Assembly: GCA_052055015.1 (NCBI GenBank)
Contig: JBQJIT010000015.1
Source of the DNA: Malassezia furfur
Taxonomy: Eukaryota
DNA length: 20,000 bases
Direction: 5' to 3' (one strand)
Of this stretch, positions 9,295-17,779 are shown piece by piece. The notes below the pieces were generated by a model that searched no databases, was not told the DNA's origin, and saw only the letters and a program-made list of their open reading frames with translations. Numbering within the stretch: the stretch's first letter is position 1; each line of letters begins with the position of its first letter. The translations under genes were made by a program, and so were the position numbers.

Positions 9295-9719
9295 GCTGGT
9301 TGTACCCACGGCTTGGATGTGGGCGTTACTCGGCGCACGCGCCAAGACCGGCCGACACGTGCGTGCCAGTGCCGATCCATCCAGATCGGCATATCACGTG
9401 CAAATGTATGTGCGGAGGGGTTGCGGGATGGGGTAAATGGGGCGGAATGTAGGAGGGAAAGTGCATTTTTGTGCAGGAGACGAATCACATCCGTTGGATC
9501 GATATGCGCCGATCATGAAAAACCTGCATGCGATTCGCGATGCACCTTCCTGGCGGCTGCATTTGCGGCGCCAGGACATTCCTTGTAAATCACGGGGTCG
9601 CAGCTGCGGAAAGACTGGGATGCGCGCCAACCTCATAATAATGGCCCGCGTCGCCTACTGATTCCCTTCACCCCGGCCACGACTTGCGCACCTAGTGTTC
9701 TCTGCAGCGTCCATCCGCA

Positions 9720-10901
9720 ATGCAACTCAGCCTCAAGTTTGTTACCGGCCTTCTGCTGGCCACCAGCGCAGCCTTTGCTGCCCAGGATGACATTGAAGTC
9801 AACCTGCACCGTCGCAACTTGTTCATCAACGCCGGCGACCAGCTCAACATTGAGGCCTTCACCAAGCACCTGGTGAATGTCAACAACAAGTACAAGGACG
9901 CTCTCGAGAACTTCAAGCGCAACATGGGCCACGACCACCCGCTGCTCAGCATTCTGTTGAACGGTATCAAGCGCGACAATGGTCAGGGCAGCCTGTCGCT
10001 GACCGATGTGCAGAGCGAGCTGCTGTGGTCGGGCGACGTGACCTACGGTGGTCAGACCTTCGGTATGGACTTCGACACGGGCTCGTCGGACTCGCTGGCG
10101 AACCCGGGTGCATACAACCCCAAGAAGTCGAAGACGGCGAAGAACACCTGGTCGACCTTCAGCGCCGCCTACGGTGATGGCACCCAGGCCCGCGGTCTTG
10201 TCTACACGGACAACTTCGAGATTGCCGGCCTTAAGGCCAAGAACGTTGCCATTGGCCACTCTTACACCAAGTTTATCGAGGACCAAGAGCCCGCCCAGGG
10301 CATTGCCGGCATGGCCTTCCCCTCGATCCAGACCTTCCCCAAGAAGTACAAGCCGTTCTTTGAGAGCCTCAAGGAGCAGAAGGCGGTCAAGAGCGGTGTC
10401 TTCCAATTCACCCTCAAGGCCGGCAAGGGCTCGACGCTGACGCTCGGCGGTATCGACTCGAGCAAGTACAAGGGCAAGGTTACCTACGTCGACGTTGACC
10501 CTTCGCAGGGCTTCTGGCTTACGGACGCCAAGGTTAACGGCCAGAGCATCAAGGCTATTATTGACTCGGGCTCGACCATCATCACCGGCCCTACTGCGCA
10601 GGTGCGCAGCGCTGTCCAGAAGATCAAGGGCATGAGCGCCTTTACCCAGGACGGCACGCTGATGTACACTTACGACTGCAACCTCACCCCCAATGTGACC
10701 ATCACTATTGGCGGCACCCCCTTCAAGCTCGGCAAGAACCAGCTCAGCTACGGCCGCACCAACGGCCAGTGTGTGCTGCCGATCGCTGGTCAGGATGGTC
10801 TGCCCCTGAACGCGTGGATCGTTGGTGACACCTTCTTCCAGGGCGTGTCGATCATTTTCGATACCGACAAGAACCGCATGGGCTTCGCCACCCAGGCCTA
10901 A
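9720..10901 (+). CDS. Secreted aspartyl protease, pepsin family A1 (Lys-rich paralogue)
   Basis: Signal peptide MQLSLKFVTGLLLATSAAFA and a propeptide ending in a KR site. Catalytic motifs DFDTGS and IIDSGS, flap AYGDG, and C-terminal WIVGDTFF...FD...RMGFA. Intronless. Confidence 0.93.
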   Translation: MQLSLKFVTGLLLATSAAFAAQDDIEVNLHRRNLFINAGDQLNIEAFTKHLVNVNNKYKDALENFKRNMGHDHPLLSILLNGIKRDNGQGSLSLTDVQSELLWSGDVTYGGQTFGMDFDTGSSDSLANPGAYNPKKSKTAKNTWSTFSAAYGDGTQARGLVYTDNFEIAGLKAKNVAIGHSYTKFIEDQEPAQGIAGMAFPSIQTFPKKYKPFFESLKEQKAVKSGVFQFTLKAGKGSTLTLGGIDSSKYKGKVTYVDVDPSQGFWLTDAKVNGQSIKAIIDSGSTIITGPTAQVRSAVQKIKGMSAFTQDGTLMYTYDCNLTPNVTITIGGTPFKLGKNQLSYGRTNGQCVLPIAGQDGLPLNAWIVGDTFFQGVSIIFDTDKNRMGFATQA

Positions 10902-11621
10902 GAAATTTGTTGATCATCATTGTTGATGGTACGAAGCCCACTCTTGTATCACATTAAAACCTGTTACAGTAGATAGACATTTATCTTTCGAGATATCTGA
11001 GCTTAGCTAGTTCGACGACCCATGTTCCAATCCAATCGTTCTTTTCCTCTCGATACGCCAATTCGCGACACATGGCTAGCGCTCGACTGCAACACGAAGA
11101 TGTGGATGGAATGCCCCCCGCCTTGCACACCCTGTTGCGGGGCTAGGAGCTTGGCATGGCGTGGCGGTGATGCTCCTTCTTTGGATGTAACCCTTTGTAC
11201 CCTACGTAACGCATGCGATGCTCATCTTTTACGTCCCGCACGGATCGTAGACTCCATAACCATGGATATGCTCAATAATGCAGTGCGCGCATTGGCATGC
11301 CATGAGACGAGGTAGTAGACACTGCCTTCGAGCACGAGCCATGGGCCTAAGCACTTGTTCACAAGCGCCATGTCGCTTTTCCAGGCTTGAAGAGGAATTG
11401 ACACAAATATGCCACGCGTGCATTGGCTTCTACGAACACAGAGAGGGATCGCTCATTGGGACAAAGGAAAAGGAGCTCGTGGGCGTCATAGCGTCACTGT
11501 ACCCTGTCTCTCCGTCCTGGTCTGCGCAAACCGGTTTAGAGTCCTTGACAGATCCTGCTCCTTCCGCTCCAAGACAAGTTAAATAGAATCGTTGGTACGC
11601 TCACCGAGACGCTAACCACCC

Positions 11622-13247
11622 ATGCGTATCACCATCCCTCTTCTTTCGCTCTTTCTCCTGGCCGCGTCCAACGTCTTTGCTGGTCCGGTTGCTAGCAAGT
11701 ACGAGACAGGCATTCCCATCAGCCTTCAGCGCCGTGCACGCTTCGTTAGTGCCAACGGCCATGTGAACCTCGTTGCTCTGACCCGTCATTACAAGGGGCT
11801 CGACAACAAGTACTCCAAGAGCCTCGAAAACTACCGTCGCAACACCGGCCACAAGCACCCTCTGCAAGCGCACCGTCACAAGAAGCGCGAGCACCCCAAG
11901 CACGGCCACGGTCACCCAAACCGCAGCCGTGACAAGAGCCGCAAGGATGGTTTCGGCGGCGCAGGCGGCGGCATGGGCGGCGGTGACTGCCCTGACCTGT
12001 GTGGCCCTGACGGCGGCATGGGCGGCGGCATGGGCGGTGGCATGGGCGGTGGTATGGGTGGAATTCCCGACGGTGGTTCAAGCCCCAGCTCGCCGAGCAG
12101 TTCGGGTGGTGGTTCGGGCGGCTCGCCGAGCGGTTCGGGCAGCGGCTCGGGCGACCCGCCGAGCGGTTCGGGCAGCGGCTCGGGCGGCTCGCCGAGCGGT
12201 TCGGGCAGCGGTCCGGGCAGCTCGCCGAGCGGTTCGGGCAGCGGTTCGGGCAGTGGCTCGGGCAGTGGCTCGGGCAGCGGCTCGGGCAGCGGCTCTGGCT
12301 CAGGTGGCTCCGGTGGTGGATCGGACGGCAGCTCGGTCAGCCTTACTGATGTCGCCAATGAGCAGCTGTGGGCGGGAGACATCACGTTTGGTGGACAGAC
12401 GTTTGGTATTGACTTTGACACGGGTTCCGCAGACACTCTGGCGAACCCAAGCGCCTACGACCCTCATAAGTCCGATACGGCGCAGAACACTAACCAGCCG
12501 TTCCAAACCTCGTACGGCGATGGCACGGCAGCCGAGGGCACCATTTGGACCGACTCATTCCAGATTGCTGGTTTCAGCGCGGAGAATGTGGCCATTGGTG
12601 TCGCGACCCAAGATTTTATCACGCCCGACCAGCAGCCCAGCCAGGGGATTAGTGGCATGTCGTTCCCTTCGCTGCAGGCTTTCCCTAAGGAATACCCTCC
12701 CTTCTTTGAGTCGCTGCGTCAGCAAAAAGTCGTGAACCAAGGCGTATTCCAGTTTACGCTCAAGGCTGGTGAGGGCTCTGAGCTGCACCTCGGTGGTGTT
12801 GACCAGTCCAAGGCTCAGGGCGACTTCAACTGGGCCACGGTGGACCCGTCGCAAGGCTTTTGGGTCACCGATGCGGCGATCAATGGGCAGCAAATTAAGG
12901 CGATTATTGATTCGGGCTCGACCATCATTTCGGGTCCCACTGACGAAGTCGGCGCGCTGATGCAGACCATCCCCGGCGCCACGCCTTCGCCCCAGGATGG
13001 CGCCACTGCGTACCTGTACGACTGTGATAAGTCGCCCGACTTGACGATCACTGTCGCTGGCCTTGATGTACACCTTTCGCGGGACCAGATGCGGTTCGGT
13101 CAGACGCAGGGCAAGTGCATGCTTCCGATCATGGGTCTGGACGGAATTCCTCTGAACGCGTGGATTGTGGGTGACACACTCTTCCAGGCAACGACCATCG
13201 TCTTTGACATGGATGAGAACCGTATGGGCTTCGCCTTGCAGGCCTAG
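11622..13247 (+). CDS. Secreted aspartyl protease, family A1 (acidic paralogue) with a Gly/Ser-rich insert before the catalytic domain
   Basis: Signal peptide, HKKR dibasic site, DFDTGS and IIDSGS catalytic motifs, SYGDG flap and WIVGDT. The catalytic domain is collinear with that of 9720-10901. Confidence 0.93.
   Translation: MRITIPLLSLFLLAASNVFAGPVASKYETGIPISLQRRARFVSANGHVNLVALTRHYKGLDNKYSKSLENYRRNTGHKHPLQAHRHKKREHPKHGHGHPNRSRDKSRKDGFGGAGGGMGGGDCPDLCGPDGGMGGGMGGGMGGGMGGIPDGGSSPSSPSSSGGGSGGSPSGSGSGSGDPPSGSGSGSGGSPSGSGSGPGSSPSGSGSGSGSGSGSGSGSGSGSGSGSGGSGGGSDGSSVSLTDVANEQLWAGDITFGGQTFGIDFDTGSADTLANPSAYDPHKSDTAQNTNQPFQTSYGDGTAAEGTIWTDSFQIAGFSAENVAIGVATQDFITPDQQPSQGISGMSFPSLQAFPKEYPPFFESLRQQKVVNQGVFQFTLKAGEGSELHLGGVDQSKAQGDFNWATVDPSQGFWVTDAAINGQQIKAIIDSGSTIISGPTDEVGALMQTIPGATPSPQDGATAYLYDCDKSPDLTITVAGLDVHLSRDQMRFGQTQGKCMLPIMGLDGIPLNAWIVGDTLFQATTIVFDMDENRMGFALQA
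12012..12300 (+). repeat. Coding tandem repeats: ~4 x 12-nt (GGGM), 5 x 33-nt (SPSGSGSGSGG-like; starts 12089, 12122, 12155, 12188, 12221), then a (GS)n run
   Basis: The unit CTCGCCGAGCGGTTCGGGCAGCGGYTCGGGCRG recurs, with a few substitutions, at an exact 33-nt period. Confidence 0.9.
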
Positions 13248-13685
13248 GCAAGCCTCCCCGTGACATAAATCTGTTTCCCGTTGTGCGGCCTAGAGGTCGC
13301 CTCCTTTCCATTCTAGTTCTTGTTTAGTTTCAATTGATGGGAAATTTTTCTTTCGTTCGTTGAATCAGAGATATGAAAAGGGTTTAGCATGCGGAATGTT
13401 TTGAACTGCGTATTGCCTCACATAATAGAATGCATGGGCCGTGCATCGACATCATTCAGCGCCCGAGTGCTCGACGATCATGGCAACGTGGTGGACGGTC
13501 AATCACCTCCACTTCATTTTGTGTCTAGAGGCACGTGCGCAGATCTGTTGCGCGGGCGCCTGGCGATCATTGCGACGTAACTCGCCGATTGAGGGGTCTG
13601 ACCTTGTCCAACAAAATTTTGTGCTAAGAATTTAATTATACTCGCATTGGACATTCTGTGCAATCCTTGGCATTGCACTGCCAAA

Positions 13686-15122
13686 TCATGAGCTTTCGTC
13701 ACCGTCGTCGATGGTGTGCGCTAGCGCGTTCACGATGGCATCGCTGACGGCGGCGGTCCCTTTGCGCTGGGCACGAAGCACCTCGCTGATCATAAACGCA
13801 ATATCCAGAGACTGTTCATAGTTCAGGCGAGGGTCGCAGTACGTCAGGTATCGCCTCGAGAGATCTTCCTCCGAAAGCTCCATGCTTCCTCCGATGCACT
13901 CTGTCACACCCTCGTCGCCTGTCAGCTCGAGGTGCACGCCGCCCAAGCGACTTTCCTCCTCGGCATGGATCCGAAGCGAGCTCGTGAGCTCCTTGACGAT
14001 GTCACTAAACATGCGTGTCTTGATGCTCGGGTTCAGCGGCGATGAAATCGTATTGCCATGCATAGGATCGCAGCACCAAATGACCAGACCATTGTGCTGC
14101 GAGTTCTTCACCGCACGGATGTGCGCCGGAAGTAGGTCGTTGATCTTTTTCGCGCCGTAACGCGAAATTAGCGTCACGCGCCCTTTTTCAAGGTCGGGGT
14201 TGACAATGTCCAGGATCCGAATGAGGTCCTCGGCAGACATGGACGGACCCACTTTGATGCCGATGGGGTTACGGATGGACCGGAAGAACTCGACGTGGGC
14301 GCCGTCCGGCTGGCGCGTGCGGTCGCCGAGCCAAATTGTGTGGGCAGACAGGTCGTAGGGCCCCTGTTCCGTGTCGCGCGTCAGCACATTTTCGTATTCG
14401 AGCATCAGCCCTTCGTGGCTCACAAAGTAATCCACAGTGCTGAGTGCATTGCTGGCGTGCCTGCCAGGGTCAGCTCCGACTGTCTTCATAAAGTCAAGGG
14501 TATCCACGATACTGTCCGTAATGCGCGCAAATTCTCGCTGTAGGTACTCCGACTGCACATGGTGGAAACTCCAGGCATGCGGGGCATGCAAATCGGCGTA
14601 GCCGCTCGAGATCCAGCTCCGAACATAGTTAAGCGTTGCAGCCGAGTGGAAGTAGGCAGACAAGAGCCTTTCCGGGTCCGGCTCGCGCTCATCCAGACCA
14701 AGACCGTTCACATTGTCGCCGCGGAAGGAGAGGACGGTGCGCTTCTCGCCGTTAGGCAGCTCTACCACCTCGGTCGGCTTGCTGCGTGGCTTTGCGTACT
14801 GCCCCGCAATACGCCCAATCCGGACAACTGGAAGGCGCACGCCATGAATAAGAATCAGCGACATTAGAAGCGTCAGCTTCAACTTGGCTTCGATCTGTTT
14901 GGGATTGCAATACGAAAACAGCTCTGCACAGTCGCCACACTGCAGAAGGAAGGCATTGCCGTCAGCAACCTGCGCCATCTGCTCACGCAGCCGGTCAATT
15001 TCCACAGGAGTAACGAGGCCAGGGAGCGACTCCAGCTGGCCCAGCACTCGCTTCAAATGCGCTTCATCTGTGTATTTGACGTCCTGCTCGATCCTCTTCT
15101 CGCGCCAGGAATCTTTGCCCAT
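13686..15122 (-). CDS. DAHP synthase class II (AroA-II type), ~478 aa from MGKDSWR
   Basis: Motifs LLQCGDCAELF, GRIAGQYAKPRS, SHEGL, WLGDRTRQ, NPIGIKVGP, CDPMHGNT, GGVHLELTG and CDPRLN. The ORF-track extension to 15338 starts at a non-ATG codon and overlaps COG3, so I placed the start at ATG 15122. Confidence 0.93.
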   Translation of the reverse strand: MGKDSWREKRIEQDVKYTDEAHLKRVLGQLESLPGLVTPVEIDRLREQMAQVADGNAFLLQCGDCAELFSYCNPKQIEAKLKLTLLMSLILIHGVRLPVVRIGRIAGQYAKPRSKPTEVVELPNGEKRTVLSFRGDNVNGLGLDEREPDPERLLSAYFHSAATLNYVRSWISSGYADLHAPHAWSFHHVQSEYLQREFARITDSIVDTLDFMKTVGADPGRHASNALSTVDYFVSHEGLMLEYENVLTRDTEQGPYDLSAHTIWLGDRTRQPDGAHVEFFRSIRNPIGIKVGPSMSAEDLIRILDIVNPDLEKGRVTLISRYGAKKINDLLPAHIRAVKNSQHNGLVIWCCDPMHGNTISSPLNPSIKTRMFSDIVKELTSSLRIHAEEESRLGGVHLELTGDEGVTECIGGSMELSEEDLSRRYLTYCDPRLNYEQSLDIAFMISEVLRAQRKGTAAVSDAIVNALAHTIDDGDESS

Positions 15123-15169
15123 CTCGACGTTGCTCGCCACGTGTGACTCCACTCCGTCCTGGGCGCGAA
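15123..15169. promoter_or_regulatory. 47-nt divergent intergenic region (DAHP synthase / COG3) containing CACGTG (15138-15143) directly followed by TGACTC (15144-15149)
   Basis: The motifs are seen directly. Their function as bHLH and bZIP sites is inferred. Confidence 0.4.
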
Positions 15170-17739
15170 ATGAGCGGGGAAGCGTCAGTGCCGGATGCGC
15201 CCTTCTCCCTGGAAGACTGGTACGCGAATCTGGCACCACTGGAAGAGGTGCAGCGGCTCTCAGTGAGCCGAGTTTCTGCTTGGTCTTCGGAACAAGCAGA
15301 GCAGACCGAAGCGCAGGCCGACGAACAGCGTCCCCCAACGCCCACGCTAACGGCCTTTCTGGACTCGCTCGCTGCCGAGATTCATGCCACCGAGGACACG
15401 CACTACGATGCAGAAATCTCGGTGCTTAAAGAAACCATTGGTGAGCTTGATGCTCTACTCGAATTTATCCATGCGGTACAAGTCAATATGAAAGAACTGC
15501 GCGATGGTCTTGCCTTTGTTGAAACCGATGCGCAGGAATTGCTGGAGCAGGCCGAAGACATGATGAAGGATCACGCCAAACTGGAGGAGCTACACAAGCA
15601 GATTACTCTACGCCTCTCCTACTTTGCTGTGCTACCTCAAGCGTCGTCCCTCGCGTCGTCTTCGTCCTTGGACATCGTCCAACAACCTGCATTTTTGGAC
15701 ATGCTAAAGCGCCTGGAACTCGCGTTACAGTTCATGAACACCCATCCCCACTATACCGAAGCACACCTGTACCAAATGCGGATGGGGCACTGTGTCGTCC
15801 GCATGATGGATTTGGTCCGCGTACAGTTTACCAAGCACGGTGCTGACTGCGCCGACAAGGGACTCGCTCGGTTGCCCGAGGCTAACCACATTCGAGATTT
15901 TACCTCGGACACTGGGACGCTGAACCTTGACTCTGACCTGGTGAATGAAGCGCTTTACGGCGACTTTACGGCGCTGCTGCATACATTCCGCCCGCTTTTC
16001 GCCCAGATCGAGACGTTGGAAGAGCCCATGCACGCGTCCACGTCGGCGGTCCTGGATGACTATCGACAAACAATGGCCCAATGTCAGGCCACATTTGTGC
16101 GCTGGCGCTCTGCCCTGGTGAAAGAGCTTCTGCGGATGTTTTTGAACGACCATGCGCGACGAATGGAGAAGGAAGCGGAACTTCCGCTGCAAACGTCGGC
16201 CGCACAAGCGGCGGCATTTGTACATGGTGTCGCGCATCAGGAAGTGGCCTTGTATACGGCCTTCTTCCGTATGTCGGTGGATTCGCGAAATGCGGTCCTA
16301 GCTTCTCCTTTGGCCCATTTCTTGCATGACGTGGGGGAGCAGCTGTGGACGTTTTTGGCAACCAAACTTACAGCGAATGCCAGTATGGGTATGATTTCGG
16401 AGCTGTGTTCGCTCTTTCATACGGTACCTGCACCGACGGATCGCTCGGCGCTTCTTTCCCCGCGGGACGAGACAACACTTGACTTGACACAGCAGCACCA
16501 ACTGGCGCTTCTTTGGACTCAGCCCGTTCTCCAAGAACTGTGCAAGCGCCTTGTACAGAAATCACAAGCTACGTTAAAGATGGACATTGTCAACTTTACG
16601 CCCAAACAAAGCGACCTCATGTATCCACAATGTCTTTCGGACCAACGCACGGTGCTGGGAGAAGAGCAAGCAGTGCTGGCGGAAGCGACCCATGGGAGAC
16701 TGATGCGGCATTCCAAACGTGCCTCCATGGTTGGTGCAGGGCTCCTGGGGTCGCTAGTGGGCACCGATGGACAAGCAGTTGCTCTCTTTGCCAAACCCAC
16801 CCCAGCGGTATACAGTTCCTGGTATGCGCCGGTTCGCACAGCGCTGGATCTCTTGGCAATTTTGCATACTCATATTCCCTTGGCCCTGCTCACGGAGCTC
16901 GGGGTCCAGATTATCGAGGCAGCGCAGGCCGCCGTCCAACGTGGTGCAACTCTGCTGCAAGAAGGCAAATTCGGATCAGAAGACAGCGGAGTTGGGACGG
17001 CCGACGGCGTTTTGTTTCAGTTGCGCCATCTGTTTGTTCTTCAAGAGCTGTATTATTCCTTGGATATCGCCTCCCGCTCAGCGCACAGCCAGACGGTCAA
17101 CAATTCGAACCAGATGGAGCTGACGGCGCAGGAAAAACACCTGTTCGGTGTCAAGGTGGTTGACCCCAAACTCATCCTCGACGCGATCAATTCGGTCTGG
17201 AGCGCATCCAGCTTTCTTGCGCGTGGAAGCTCGGTTGTTCAACCTACGCCAGAAACGGTTGCGTCCGATGGCACGAGACTGTCACCGCTGGAGGCATCTC
17301 GGTTGCGGCTGGAGAAGAACATGGTGGCAACGTCACGGAAGACGAGCGAACTGTTTGCCTCTAATTTGGCCCTTCCACTCCAAATCTTCATGGCCCAAAG
17401 CAATCGGCAGTCGAATACTATCGATGAAACCAAGGCGCTGGCTGCGTACACCACATTTCAACAAAGTATGGATGTGAATTTGGATGAGATGCGGGACAAG
17501 CTTTCTTTGTACATCAACGACGAAACAACCGCTGCCAACATCCTGGACTCTGCCATTGTACGTCATTGTACTGACCAAAGACCTCGACTTTGACTTTTTA
17601 CGAGGCTTATTTGAATCGTGCACTGAGCTTGTTGCCTCGCGAAGCAACCGGCGACGCAGCCGCGCAACTGCGTGGTCTCCCTAAGCCAGGTGACCTGAAG
17701 GAAGAGCTATTACAGCGCTTGCAGCCCATGCGCATATAG
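15170..17739 (+). CDS. COG3: Conserved oligomeric Golgi complex subunit 3 (Cog3/Sec34); exons 15170-17557 and 17581-17739 (~848 aa)
   Basis: N-terminal coiled coil followed by FMNTHPHYTEAHLYQMR, DIVNFTPKQSDLMYP, WYAPVRTALDLL and DGVLFQLRHLFVL. A 23-nt intron at 17558-17580 (GTACGT...CTGAC CAAAG) opens a 52-codon terminal exon. Confidence 0.8.
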
Positions 17740-17779
17740 ACCCTGTGTACTATACGACTCATGGCTACAGCATAGTCAG

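Noticed and set aside
9633..10406. Long antisense ORFs (also 291-947, 1873-2652, 12555-13073)
   Set aside because: They are expected from strong GC3 codon bias opposite real genes and show no recognisable motifs.
10902..11621. Short ORFs in the inter-protease spacer
   Set aside because: No motifs, codon bias or consistent splice signals were found. The region is more plausibly terminator plus promoter.
12089..12253. 33-nt periodic repeat considered as a CRISPR-like array
   Set aside because: The units are head-to-tail with no unique spacers, are in frame within a eukaryotic CDS, and have no cas genes nearby.
11912..12735. Pro/Glu-rich antisense ORF and Ala/Arg-rich shifted ORF
   Set aside because: These are shadows of the Gly/Ser repeat in a GC-rich CDS.
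13248..13685. Unusually long AT-richer convergent gap with small palindromes (ACAAAATTTTGT; TGGCA...TGCCA) as a possible ncRNA or mobile-element relic
   Set aside because: I could not identify snRNA, tRNA or snoRNA hallmarks, terminal repeats or a credible ORF. An Rfam scan would be needed.
13686..15122. Class II DAHP synthase as a bacterial horizontal transfer
   Set aside because: Class II enzymes are known in fungi such as Neurospora. Being intronless is not evidence, and a phylogeny would be required.
15123..15338. 72-aa N-terminal extension of the DAHP synthase ORF (transit-peptide-like)
   Set aside because: It starts at a non-ATG codon and is antisense to the COG3 start. Family similarity begins at MGKDSWR.
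16822..16841. GTATGC...CACAG 20-nt intron-like segment in COG3
   Set aside because: It has no good branch motif, and removing it would frameshift and destroy the conserved WYxPV motif.
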